Source: Laetmonice hystrix (Eukaryota). From it: 64,000 nucleotides of DNA. The translations under genes were made by a program, and so were the position numbers. The stretch covers positions 29,638,001-29,702,000 of the forward strand of contig OZ249436.1 of the NCBI GenBank assembly GCA_965235115.1, in the 5' to 3' direction. This document shows positions 39,101-52,033 of this stretch, in pieces; within the stretch, counting starts at the first letter, position 1, and each line of letters begins with the position of its first letter. The notes beneath the pieces are model-generated. The model was not told where the DNA came from. It searched no databases and saw nothing but the letters and a program-made list of their open reading frames with translations.

Positions 39101-42100
39101 ATTCTTTTTCAGGAATGCCGGAGACGCGTTTTCTGAGCATCTCGGAGCAAAAATCTCTTAAATCTATCAACAAAATTCCATCATTTTTATGTGCGATACA
39201 TAGAAAATCGGCATAAAACCCACCTCGACCAAGAAAACACCCAAATGTTGGGGGGGGGGGGGCTGAAACACACTCCACACTACGCCTATGCATTACCACT
39301 AAATCTGCCACGGGACGCACACATATACACGAGCCTACTGACGGGTATAAAAAAAAATGTCAAAATATCAAAAAATTGCTCACCGTGTTTTCTTTGGGCT
39401 CCGTCTCGAGCTGTCAAATCGCCAGTGTTAGTATTGATATATAACGTTATGAACTGATTTCTTTTGTGCTGTGAATTTACTTCACAATCATTTTATTTTG
39501 TCCTCGGGATTTTATGCGTGTTTAATATACACATATATTAATAATCTACGGTTATCCAAAGGGGAGGCCCACTTCGTGCCAAAGTGTAATTTTAATTACA
39601 CTTTGGCTACACTTTACACTTTGGCACGAAGTTTGGCACGAAGTGGGATAGAAAATTAAAATTTTTGATTATTTAATTATTTTGATTATTAAACAACATT
39701 GCCTGACGTATATAAACATATACCGATATACAAACATAATATTCTAGAAAAATTCGCTCAGTTACAAAGTCAGCCCAAACTCAGTAAATCTTCACTAGTG
39801 ACACGATTTGTCCGGTCAGTCAGATACTTACTTGTCTTTGTATGATTTCCTCGATGTATCCAATGCTTTCCTTGTTATCAACACCTTCTAGGAGACCTGG
39901 TTTAGATGACAAAAAAACGATTTGACAAAGAGAAATAACTAAGTTAGATTGACAGGGCTTCTTGAGGCCCAGCTTTTTTTTGAGGGGGGGGGGGCTCCTC
40001 AACAGAAAATAACTTACTCAACCCCTACCCCCAAAGAAATTTTTTCTGGCTTTATTCAGCTCTCCCTCTCCCCAAGAAAAGTGGAAATCTTCCAGGAAAA
40101 ACCTGTTTGACCTAACAATGACTCTCAAAACTGGATGTTTTTATTTTAAAGAGTCACTCCATGTACCACTGCACTCAACACCTGCCGCTCACTCACTGTG
40201 TTCTGTCCGTAACTGATCCTCGAAGTCGCCTTTTGTTTTCTTCGTCAGGATCACTTCACATGCGCCAATATCTAAAATATTGTGAAAGGCGTAGTGAGAA
40301 CAACGATAAATACTGGTTTGAGGCCTACACATATCTGACCTCTCATGGTACTATATACTCTGCCACTCACTGCAGGGATCCATACCATATTATTTGTTGA
40401 GCCGTGCTCCAATTCAAGAAAAAAAAACTTGCACTAAACCATGGCAGAACATAGGAATCTGCTGGTGTGTAAGTTTATTATAACAGACGCCCATACTGAG
40501 TACGTACGTAAGGACAGCGCCTTATGTTGTTGTTTCAGGCCCTTCAAGTCATTCGCCACGAAATTCTTCATTGCTGACACGGATTTCAGGTCGTGGCGTT
40601 TCTGTCACCAAATATTTCATTTTAATAACACACCAAATATACATTCTCTGAGCGTACACATTATTTGAAACCATTTTCATGAGATATAATAGTTATACGA
40701 TGGTATTATTATAATGTAGTTTAAAAACACACACGCAGTTTTACTTACGTCGTAGCCAGCTTGTAACTCTTTTGCCTTTGCACTGAGAAACCCGAAAACA
40801 TTAGAAAAATGCCTATCGCGTATGTCTTCAAAAACCTGCCATGAAAGAAAAAAAAAACAATTATATATTCACGGGAAAACGAGACGAGATGGAACATGCA
40901 GACAATAAATAACCATGAATTCCATTTACTGGCGGATGAAGGTGCGCGCAGAAAACAATAAGCTGTGAAACTAGACCTGACTGGAGTTCCCCACACTATA
41001 GTACATAGTTTCATACGTCCCGTTTCATAGTTTATTCAGCTGAATGTTTACACACGTTCACGCGGATATAATGTCACTCGATACGTTCTATGCTGACACT
41101 TCCTACACATCGACCTCCGGACTGACGTTATCTCACATCACATGTCTATACGGTCACCCTTCATGGGAAACCCAGGCCGCGGAAGCAGGACCCCCCCCCC
41201 CCCCCCCCCATCTTTTGCCCGATGCTCACGCTCATTAGAAAATTGATGTCGGTGGGATGAATAAATTAGTGTAAATCACTTCAATTTGGCGTGAATTTCG
41301 CGGGTTTTTTTCATTTTGGGCTGGTTTCGCGTTTCTTAAATTCGCGTTTAGGCAATGGCATCCCCATCTAAAAGTAAAGACATGTATTAAATTCAACAGT
41401 TTTAATTCCCCACCACGCAAATACAGCAAGAGCTAGTATTGTAAGCAACTGCCAAGTTAAAGAAGGTAATGAAGTGTTGTTTTGTTTTGTAAGCGGATAT
41501 TACTGGAAATGCGCCGTTCCAAGTGTTTATTTCGCGTTTCTTAATTTCGCGGTTTTTTTTGCGAAAATCGCAAAATTAAAACACACGCGAAAAATACCTG
41601 ATTTACAGTATTATGATCTCCCCGTCGCATCTTTCTGAAGCTCACGTTAGAGCTCAGAAATGCGGTACCAGCTTCACAATATCATCATCATCTAGGCTAG
41701 ATGCCACCATCTTACGACATATTATTGTACACACCTTGTCGGCAAAGATGAAACCTTGGTTGCACTACGTAGAGGGATACACGAAAACAATCTCAAAAAG
41801 TTGAAAACCTGGAAACAGCAACACCTCAATTTCCCAGTGGACACGCCGCGGCCATGTATTTCCCCATGCACCTTTTTGAGCAAATATCTTAGAAAAGAAA
41901 TGTTTCAGACTCTAATCATCCGAAAGTCGGACCTCAGCCTTCGACCCCATGAAACATGCTGAAACGTGTATCGGTTAGATTCTGTGCCATAATGTAAAAA
42001 GTCGGTGTCCTGGTGCCGGTGTTACAATCACCTCCCTTTGGGAAAGAAAATGATGACACGCCTTTATTTCCAGAATCCATCTAATTGTAGTACCGTAAGC

Positions 42101-45100
42101 ATGATATTCACACAGGTCACCGACAGGTGTTCTCTGGAACACTATGGTTTCTGGTATAAATCAGGCCAGTCACTGACAACACGACAGTTTGTAAAAACTT
42201 AACATCAGACCAGCCATCAGACGCGTCAAGCTTCAGTTCGCGATACGAACTGGGCCCAGGCTCTTGAGACCTGTGTCGCCAGCATGTATAAGTCGCACCA
42301 TCGATTCATGATTAGTTTTAGGAGGAAAAGGTGCGGCGTGTACACGGGAAATCACAATGTTTTTCGCAAACATCTTGTCAATAAGGGGCGGACCATTTAA
42401 TAGGGGGGGGGGGAGGGTTTCTTTTAAAAGAAAACTACAAACTACATATAAAAAATAGTTTGTTCCATATGTAAAAAAATATATAGTATAGTCGAAATGG
42501 GGATAAAATAGTTTTATTAATGGTCATAGCGAAAAAAAAAGATAGCTTCGGCCTGGGGGCAAACAAAAAAAAGTTTGCTCATGAAGAAAAACCATAGCGC
42601 CTCCCGTATCAAGTGGTGCGCCCCTAAGGTGAAACCTTTCCCCAGAAACTCTAAAAACTGGAAAGCGCAATTATAGCCTTAATAGCAACACAATTTCGTT
42701 GGGGCTGGGGTGGGCGGCGTGTCGTCTAATATCCGGGGTAACACCGTCCCCCGCATGTAGACCGAGGTACATTCACAGCTGGGGTGGGAGGTATAACCAG
42801 GACGTAACAGTGTGTGTGTGCACCATTCTGCCCCAGTTGCCCGACACCCCATATAACAACTCCCTACATATAAGCGTTGGAAGCAACTTCTTTTTACCAC
42901 GTGACATGTTTAAGGAAGATCATGCTCACATGATTAGTGACGTTAAGATTATACTTTTTCCTGGTCAGCACTGCAGTACGCGCTTCTGACATCTAATATG
43001 GGCCCGTATAATACCAGGCGAGATATACTTGTCAACAATCCGGAAATTTTGGCTCAGCAATCAATTTAAGGATCCGGTTGTGCCATATCAAATCACAATT
43101 TAAAACGCAGACGGAAGACGACCGAGGCACATGCAACCTATTTGGTTGACCCAACAGATATATATCTTGGCCCGTTGCCTTGGGGCTTGAATTCATTTGT
43201 TCAAGTCGTGGCTGAACGTTGTCAGTTTGGTGCCAGCATGGAGGTGTTTAATATGACATCTAACTTAACCAACGGGACGTTCATTTACAGTACGTTGGTT
43301 TCATCTTTGGAAAGACCGTACGCCAGTCCTCTACAAATAGCTATCATGTGGTTGCTAATACTACTCATCATGCTGATGAATGGCTTGGTGTTTGCTGCAA
43401 TGCCTAAGTTCCAAACGCTCCAACCCGGCACCTGGATGAGCATATTAAGTCTTGCCATCGCTGACTTCGGCCTGGCGGTGTTCCTTATGATCTTCCTCTG
43501 CTATAACTTAGCGACGACTGGATTCCAAGTGTTTACCTCCGACGTCATGTGTATCGTGCAAGGGTTTGCTCTGAGTCTGTTTGCCTCCACGTCGCTCTGG
43601 ACGCTAACGTACATGAACGTAGATCGTCTGCTAACCATGGCGTTCCCGTTACGTTATCCGCTCTTCATGACGCGCGGCAAAACAGCTGCGGCGCACGTCA
43701 TCATCTGGTCTTTGATGTTCGCTCGACTCATCCCTAAGTTTGCCAACGTTTCCGACATTCAGGTAACCTACTACGAGCACGCCTATGTTTGTATCGTCAA
43801 CTGGACAGGCGGACTTGGCTACAACATGGTGCTGCTAATCGTACTGCAGCTCGTCCCTCTCATCCTCATTGTCATCTCCTTCCTCGGAGTCCTCGTCATA
43901 GCCATACGACGGAGGATCAAGGCTGGCCAGGCGACGTCTCAACTCAAGCGCAACCTTCGCATCTTTAGAACACTCGCCATCATGACCTTTGGTAGGATGC
44001 GTTTACTGATTCTAAAGCCTTTTTTTATGTATATTTTTTTTCTAACGTCCGAGAATTGACAAATATTATAGGAAAGGCTAAGAAACAAAATCATTAGTCG
44101 TCTGACAGTTACCATCACTTGTGAACTAGAGAGGAGATTTCTTATAAAGTATAGTTTTTCTACTTCTATGCTAATAACTCTTTAGCAAGTTCTTGGATTG
44201 TATGGCGCGCTGTGGCAACCCTTATTGTAAAAATTACCCTTAATGTAAAAATTTTTACATTAAGGGTTAACCCGCAACCCTTAATGTAAAAATTATTACA
44301 TTAAGGGTTGCTGGTTAACCCTTAATGTAAATTTTTTTACATTAAGGGTTGCGGCCATAACCCTTACTGTAAAATTTTTACATTAAGGGTTGGAAGTGAT
44401 GATTTTTTTTTTTTTACATTATGGGTTATCGATAAATGTCCCCGCCTTGAGCTGAGAAGGGGCATACCGTTATCTATGAAGACCACAAGGTGACATACCC
44501 GCCACTCGCCCTGCCACTCGCTCTGCTACTCGCCCCGCCACTCGCCCCGCTACTTGGCCCGCTACTCACCGCTCGCCCCGCTACTCGCCACTTGGCCCGC
44601 CACTCGCCCTGCTACTCGCCACGCTACTCGCCACGCTATACCCGCCGGTTAGGGTTAGGGTTAGGGTTAGTGTTAGGGCTAGCGTTAGCGGGGCGAGTGG
44701 CGGGGCGCAAGACTAGATAGGCTGACGGAGTTCCAATCTGTGTCAGGATGCCTTGCAAATTTTTGTTATGGAAAATTGTGGTGTGTAGGACTTCCTGAAC
44801 TCGTAGAACCTTTAGATGTTTCTATATTTCATAATAAGTACAGTTTTTGGCATCTAGACATGGATGAGAACTCCTTCGTCTTATCTAATCTTGCGCTACT
44901 TTGTTAGAATGAGGACTGGTTCCATGGTGGCGCCACCATGCGTAACTAGATTTCACGAGTCGCCTATTAAATGGAAGCCAAGATACTTTATCAGAACTTT
45001 TTCACAATAAGGGGCGATATATATGTGATTAACCCTTAGTGTAAAAAATATTATTTTTACATTAAGGGTTGAGGGTGCAACCCTTAATGTAATTTTTTTT

Positions 45101-48100
45101 ACATTAAGGGTTGCGGGTTAACCCTTAATGTTAAAGTTTTTACATTAAGTGTAATTTTTACATTAAGGGTTGTCACAGCGTGCGCACGCTCTGTACCGAC
45201 TTAACTATTTATATTCAAACCCCACCATTTTTCTGTCCCAATCGATTCTTGTGGATTATATAATAATAATAATAATAAAGAAGTAGACATAGGCCATTAG
45301 AATAGTTCCCGTATATTTACATAACATACTCCATAATACCTGCCAACCTTTCTTGAACAGAAAAAGGTAGGTTTTCGCGGCAACAAAGTCGCTGCACTGC
45401 GTGCAAATTAGGGGGTTCGAGGGCATGCTCCCCTGGAAAACTTTTTTTAAAGGAGGTAAAATAATGCATTTTCCTGGTTTCTGAGATATAAATTGACTTC
45501 AATTGAAAGAGAATCAACCAATCATTCACGAGATGAGAAAGCAGAAATCGTCCAAATTCGGTAGGCTACCGCGTAGGGTTGGCAGGTATGCTCATTTATA
45601 GTGAAATCAACGATAGTTCCGACTGACCACATCCATATCCCAGTGTTAACGCCTGACTTCCTTGACCACAGTTACAGCTATGTCCAATAACAGTCCCCTA
45701 ATGAGACACACTCCATTGAGCATTACAAAGTGTCAAATACAATAAACCTCTTTCGTTATCAATTTCCAGGTTTTTACATCGCATGGGTTCCCTACTCCGT
45801 CACCATCACCGTCCCAGAACTGAGTCGTGGAAAAAGTCTGAGTCCTCTAACTGACTTCATCGCCATCTGGGTGGTAGCGTCCAACTCATTCTGGAACCCC
45901 ATCATTTACATGCTCACCATGCGGTCTTTCATCAAGGCTCTCAAAGACGTCTCAAGTGAGCTGACTGTGAAGATGAGCTTAAAGTCTACAACCGACGACA
46001 TCCCTCAAAAAGTGAAAAAAATTGAAGCCTGACTGTTGTACAAAGTGTACACGTGTCGTCTCTGGCATTTCTTGACAAAACGGATGAAACTCCGTCTCAA
46101 GGAATAAATTGTAGTGATGTAAAATTTAATGAAAGACACTTTGGACTGGTAAATCAGTGTCCTTACAAAACGCCCTCTGATAAGATTAAACTTCAATGGT
46201 CCCACAAGCCTAATAACATGTAACATGTACATAATAAAGTCAAATTTTCAGTTCAATCACGCATTCATAACCACCCCTGTGTCACGGACGGTGAAGCTAG
46301 ACCGTACACACTCTTCATAACACTCAGTAATTTTCCTCATACTGGTATGTAAGTTTACAAAATATTACCGTAGGTTGGACATCACTCTAGCAGATTATAT
46401 GTCCCGCTACTTACCGAATCCTGACTTGTGAGCAACAACTTTGTTGGCTGCTCCCGCCCTGTGACATCTGCTCCAAACTCTATAAAACCTGCAGAGAATT
46501 GAAGCATTATATATTTTTGTTAAATACAATGTTATAACATGGCGAAAGATATCTCTTTTGAGAAACGTTTCATTGACAAGAAATGTATTTGACATGATAT
46601 GACAAGAAAAGTTCTCAGGATATTTTGTTCTGATTATATGCTGAACAGGTGACATCATCAAGAAATTGGTTCGAATAAAAACACTGGCTTCAGGTTACAA
46701 ATTACATATAGTATTCACTACTAGTTTTATATCCATCTTAAAAATGCCATGTTACAAACCACTGGATATTCCAAAGGTATCGTCCAGTAGGCCTTCGTAT
46801 GTGACCTGAGAGCAGAGAGGGGTGACAAAGTCTACCACTGCAAAATGAAAAAGTTTGCTCTTAAAAGTACATTCAATATCAACCAGCCTGAAACTATAAA
46901 TCAATCAACAATTAGTCCCCGCACCTTATATTGGTCGTATCACCAAGATGTTTGTAACATACAACGTGTAGTGTGGCATTAGTAGCTGCACCTTTTATTA
47001 ATTACATCTTTCATTTTGTATCTAGACAGGAGGTATGTGGCAATTATTCCTACAGAAAAGTTATTTTATCAGATTACCTCGGTCAAACAGAAAGAGATGT
47101 CCAATTTCATTAGATAGCTGGTTTGGCCCGCCTTCATGTTCATACATAAGTTCCATCAAGTCATAAACTCTCTGTAACAAACAATAGCACAGGGTGAGAA
47201 ATAGTGACATTGTCACGTAGTTGTTTGGATCTACTTATAATAGCCTTCTTGTTTAGGTTATGAAATCAACATCTAAGATAACAAATTAAAATAATAACTC
47301 ATACTGAAGTAGGAATTTATGACAAAATATATTTTATAATTTGTAAAACCAATAATAACTCTAGAGAAGATCAGTGAAGATACAAAAAATAAAGCATTGT
47401 AATAATTTGTTACCTTTGCACAATTTCCCTGACCATAGACATTGGGAATGAGACCAAAGAATCCTTGCAATGTAATCAATGATCGGGCGGCTGTGTGACA
47501 CCATGACGTGTCCTTCTCCTGTAAAAGTTAATCGCTATAAAACATAAACTGTAAATGGCCCTGAGAATAACCACAGTCATCAATACAATTATGTACTACC
47601 ACAATGTTAGCCAAATTTATTCACCCCAGAAAAAACAAAGATACCTACCAGAAATACAGAACGCAAGAACTCGGGTAATTCAAGAGATAGGATGTCTTTG
47701 TCAAGAGGGACAAGATCAAGTGGAAATTCATCAATTGACACATTTCCATGCACGCCTTCTTGTTCCAAAATGCGCTCGGAAGTGTGCAACTGGAAAAAAA
47801 AACCAGTTTGTTCAAACCATACAGCAACCGAAGTTACATGATAAATTGTGGGATTGTAGGGGTACTACCCTGATATGACAGGCAATTAATTAGTCAAGGC
47901 ACATTGTAAGAGATTGCTCATCTACATCATCTGGGCCCGGTATTTAGTTCGTCATTTTACCAATCTTAAGACTGGAATTTTAAGACTGACTTGTGTTATG
48001 GGCTCTGATTGGCTAGCTTCATTTGAAGGACCAATCAGAAGCTCTGAAACAAGAGTTCAGTCTTAAGATTTGAATCTTAAGACTAAGTTTGCAAACTAAA

Positions 48101-50379
48101 AACCGGGGTCACTAAATCCCGTGGAAGTAGATCGGAAACATTTCAACAATTCCCACGAGTAGTTCCATACCTTTCTAGGCACAAATAATATTTTGTAAGT
48201 GCGCTTCTTGTTGAGGTTTTTATCGCCATTAATCTGGTCTGCAATCATATGGACCACTGACATATGTGGCCGCACCATATATATCCTCCTGAAAAGTATT
48301 CATAGTAGATATTAACTGACTAGATTGCTATATTCTTAGACAACTGATCATGCCTCATTATCATATTCTAGGGGAAAAGCCTAGTTCAATGTGTTTATCT
48401 ACTACAGTAGGCCTCTAAAGACGTCTTCTACTTACTGTTTTATGTAAAAAGCCATATCATTTAATCCTACCCAGTTATAAATTGTTCTGGCTTGTATCTT
48501 CATAAAAAGCTGAAACTCACTGTTCGCATCCTTGAATGGCTATTGCTGGTTCTAGTTTGAAGATTTTCTCGACCCCATGTTCCTGAACAGTAATTAGAAA
48601 AAAAAAATTAGATAATTTAAAGCTTTACAGAGCTCTTTAAAATAGCAACGACAGATCAAACCTTTCATTCTAAAACAACCTCCTGTAGATTTACATTAAA
48701 CAGTATTCCCAGTCTATAATATTAGCCTTTATGAAATATCATAGGATTCATCTACATATGCAGCTGTTCAATCCTTCAGAGAATAATTAATAAACCATTT
48801 ATAAATCACTGTACTTACTTTTAATAAAGATGCCCCAGCAATGCGGTCAAGTGGCCGCATCAAAGTAGCATCCAAAACAAGATCTTTTCGGCCTGCCAGC
48901 TGAATGACATAATGCATTTAAAAGTTCAAACATGCGAATGAAGGTATACATACGATCATAATGTACTGGCAACACCTTCATTTTAAAGTAAAAGCAATGT
49001 CACTGGCTTAGTACTTAAAATGGGCCCCTTGGAGCCCATGCCTTCAGAGGGGCCCCAATTTTCTTCTCTCCCTCCTATATTCAGACTGATCATGGACAGC
49101 GTTCCACCTGGGGCCCAAGGTACCCCTACCAGGAACTCTTATACCCTTCATTCATTGATGTTTGTAACTGGTTCATGACTGCTCCGCAACCATTTGATGA
49201 CTTTTGTTGACTCCAATAGTAGATGAGCTTTCATCTCAGATTTATGTGAGCCACCCAGTTATCTCATGACATGTGGAAGTGACGCTTTGAGCTGCATCTG
49301 TTTGTTATGAGCCAGTCGCCACCTGTGAATCAAATGTATAACTTGGTGGTGAATCAAAGGAGTTTAACAGTATCCATTTTCCTTCTTTCTTACAGAGCAT
49401 TCCGAGTTGTGTGTTGATCCTATTTTTGAATCCCTATCCCTTTGCCATTTGTCATATTTTCTGCCACGGTGCACATGCCTGAGGGAACCAGAACCAGTTT
49501 TCAATGTAAACAAATGCTTTCAGCATGTATCCCAGGCCCTGGTTTTTAGTTCATCATTTTACCAATCTTAAAGGGGGAGCGGAAGTATATATATAAGGCG
49601 GAACAGCCTTTGAACCAGTAGGGTGCTAATAATAATCCACAATTTGCCTATCGGCTATCCAGCCTATTCGAGGCTGTCATTTATTACTGTGAGTGTGTGA
49701 GTGTGACTGTGTAAAGGCCAACACACACACTGCGACTGCTTGCAACTCCTTGCGACGCGACCGTCGTGACCCAGTTTTTGACCCGAGCTCATCTATACAG
49801 GACGGAATGGAGTCTTGCGACGGTCGCAGAGGTTCTGGCACTGTCAGAACCTCTGCGACCGTCGCAGGCTGTTGCAGGCCACTCATTGCCATAGCGACGG
49901 ACCGTCGTGAGACCGTCGTGCGACGGGTAATCGCAGTGTGTGTGTTGGCCTTAAGTGTGTTTGGAAGATAACTCCACCGCCCATCAGCTAGCAGACGACC
50001 GGAGCCGGAGGTGTGAGCCCAAACTGCGACACGCGTGTGCTCACCCTGTCTGGGTCGGCCTCTAAACAATAGGAAACCATGCATCCGGAGATTACAGAAC
50101 GCCGGAGAAAACAGACCGGGCCACCCACCGGCCATGGCATGGTCATGGATGGGCGTGTCGGGTTTGTTTACCTCCGCGTTTTACGATTGTCGAAACTAAA
50201 ACGACCTCCGGATCTCCTTTGTTTTAACTGAGAATCCCACATTTATGACATATAAAAGATCTAAGTCTTCTCAACACGTCCATACTCACAGACTCAAGAC
50301 ACATCACCAACTGGTCTCTTGCAAGGCAACGTAAAACATTGACATCAGGAAGGGGAACATCGGCCATGGAGGCTGCCAT
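34439..50379 (-). CDS. VPS33B: Vacuolar protein sorting-associated protein 33B (Sec1/Munc18 family), 19 coding exons, about 613 aa
   Basis: Exons (minus strand, all GT-AG and phase-consistent, 1842 nt in total): 50379-50290, 48899-48819, 48582-48521, 48288-48171, 47789-47649, 47518-47414, 47171-47078, 46837-46760, 46488-46415, 40835-40749, 40601-40508, 40271-40197, 39896-39832, 38257-38156, 37768-37601, 37102-37001, 36658-36565, 34883-34770, 34536-34439. Motifs include [98 protein letters not shown] and [32 protein letters not shown] and [11 protein letters not shown] match VPS33B as I recall it rather than VPS33A. Confidence 0.93.
37267..37468. mobile_element. PIF/Harbinger-like MITE with TAA TSD
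   Basis: A near-perfect ~39-bp inverted repeat (TTCCACTAAGCCGATTTACATCCGAWCGGCCATCCGATT) lies near both ends, with TAA on both flanks. It sits in a VPS33B intron. Confidence 0.75.
38981..39290. mobile_element. MITE with CATAGGCGTAG TIRs and an apparent 5-bp TSD (CATTA)
   Basis: The ends read catta|CATAGGCGTAG ... CTACGCCTATG|catta, with internal poly-G runs. Confidence 0.65.
39567..39648. repeat. Short palindromic (foldback) element
   Basis: CCCACTTCGTGCCAAAGTGTAATT pairs with AATTACACTTTGGC and with repeated TTTGGCACGAAGT(GGG). Confidence 0.7.
43238..46032 (+). CDS. Orphan rhodopsin-class (class A) GPCR, 2 exons (43238-43991, 45770-46032), about 338 aa, nested antisense in VPS33B intron 9
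   Basis: N-terminal sequons NMT, NLT and NGT; seven hydrophobic segments; SLAIADF (TM2), C...MNVDRL...PLRY (TM3), IIW (TM4), ECL2 Cys (YVCIVNW), GFYIAWVPY (TM6) and [10 protein letters not shown] (TM7). Donor G|GTAGGA and acceptor tttccag|GT are both phase 1. AATAAA occurs near 46103 and 46233. Confidence 0.9.
44211..45177. mobile_element. Non-autonomous DNA transposon with TGT...ACA termini and long TIRs built from palindromic AACCCTTAATGTAAAA/TTTTACATTAAGGGTT units, inside the GPCR intron
   Basis: The left end TGTGGCAACCCTTATTGTAAAAATTAC matches the reverse complement of the right end TGTGACAACCCTTAATGTAAAAATTAC over more than 100 bp. The flanks are gcgc / gcgt, an imperfect 4-bp TSD. Confidence 0.8.
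44498..44716. repeat. 12-bp CCCGCYACTCGC array plus telomere-like (GGTTAG)n with an inverted end; possible Helentron/HINE-like insert
   Basis: About 12 degenerate 12-mers are followed by GGTTAGGGTTAGGGTTAGGGTTAG and then GCGGGGCGAGTGGCGGG, the inverted copy of the start. Confidence 0.55.
45335..45590. mobile_element. MITE with ATACCTGCCAACC TIRs
   Basis: The ends read ATACCTGCCAACC ... GGTTGGCAGGTATG. Confidence 0.6.
47933..48110. mobile_element. MITE family A copy 2
   Basis: Near-identical to 21208-21378. Confidence 0.8.
49715..49951. mobile_element. PIF/Harbinger-like MITE with TAA TSD in VPS33B intron 1
   Basis: The ends read taa|AGGCCAACACACACACTGCGA ... TCGCAGTGTGTGTGTTGGCCT|taa, with internal GCGACGGTCGC-type palindromes. 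Confidence 0.8.
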
Positions 50380-52033
50380 CTTGCTTCCTTCCCGGAGGGG
50401 GGGGGGGGGGTCAATTGCGCGAGTACGAACAACAAGACGGAAAGGGGACTGTGTCCGGGATTGAGCAGTTCTATAATAATTTAGTTTTCTGTAAAGGTGT
50501 ATGGATGTAGGTCCGTTACTTTTGGTGCCATAGGATTTGTTCCAGCGTCAGCCCAAAGATAGTTCAGGACTGCTCTTTCTCAGCGCTCCACTGATAACTG
50601 GCTGGTCCCCTGCTCAACTCCTATCGGATTGAGCAGGGGGACCAGTCAGTAAAAGCGACAATACTGCCATCTGGTGTTTCATACACAAATAATTTTTGTT
50701 CCCTAGCCTAGAGGTCAATTTGGCTGTGATCGTAGATCTATATTAAATTATTAGGCTATAGGGAGGTTGTGGTTGTAGTTGTAGGCCTATTGTTAGATTT
50801 CTGAGACTAAAAACTAGGCCTAGGCCCTATAGCTAGCTTTCTGAGACTAAACTGAGAGTGTTGTGACTATTGGCATTGTTTTCAGGCTTTTAGGCCTAGA
50901 CCTAGTTAGGCCTATAGGCCTATTCAGAACTTTATTTAGGGTAAGGTCGGGTATTATGAGCACCTTTTTTTCAGAGTTAAATATTTTTGTGTAATGTTAT
51001 TTGAACAAAGTCAAATAAAGTTACTCAATATCATGGCAAGTAACCCGACTAAAAAATGACCAAAAATCCTTGCCATGTATATTAAAATTCTTAAAAATTC
51101 AAAAAAACCTAATTTGAAAAAGGTGCTCATATTACCCACTGCACTAGGTAATATGAGCACACATGCTCATATTTCCCACTGAATTACCTTTCTGTCTTGA
51201 GTAGGCATAACAGTGGTATACTGAGGGGGCAGGGGGCAGTCCGCCCCGGGTACCAACTAGAAGGGGGGGGGGGGGGGTGGTGGTGGCCATATCTGGAGGT
51301 TTTTAAAATCCTTACTACATTCTATCGTCTAAAAGGAGATGGCCCTCCTTTCTGGACAGATTTTCTGAATGACCAAGGGGCAGGGTTTTTATGCACAGCA
51401 GTAGGCCTATATAAAGCAATGAAGAATATCAAAGTTGTGAAATGTAACATACTTTAACTGTCAAACACGTGGGCTTAAGACCATTTTTATCAAACATCAA
51501 ATTTTGATGACCTTTTACGAGGCACAAAATTGAACACCTTGAACATTGAACATATTGAAATACAAGTACGTTTATATTCAAGAACTAACCTGTCCTACAT
51601 ATTTATAAAATCTTCAATGCAATGATTTTTTAAAATGTTAATCTGAAACAGTTAAGGATGGTACCACATAGTAAGCCTTTTTATCTTCAAGAAAAAAACC
51701 ATAATGCTTTGCTTTCTAATAAGCTCACATATAGATGAGTTGTGTTTTAATTTTTTTACTCCTTTGGTCATGTAAGATTTGCGCAAGAGTCTCATAGTTG
51801 AATCTAATACAAGTTTTTAATAGATGCAAACATTTGTAAACTCAAGAGTTAAAGTGGTTAAACTGTAAAGGTTTTGGTAAACATTCTTTTAATCATGAAA
51901 GAGTAAAATGTTGACAAATGACTTTTAGTCACAAATAGAAAGAAAATGTTCTTCAATCATAATAATAAAATGTTGACAAAATGACTAGTCACAAGTAGAA
52001 AGGAAATGTGTCTTTCAATCACGATCATAATCA

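Noticed and set aside
43238..46032. Opsin
   Set aside because: The position equivalent to the retinal-binding Lys296 (six residues before the N of NPxxY) is Ala.
34439..50379. VPS33A
   Set aside because: The N-terminal LARDQL, PLCSQV and [11 protein letters not shown] motifs match VPS33B as recalled.
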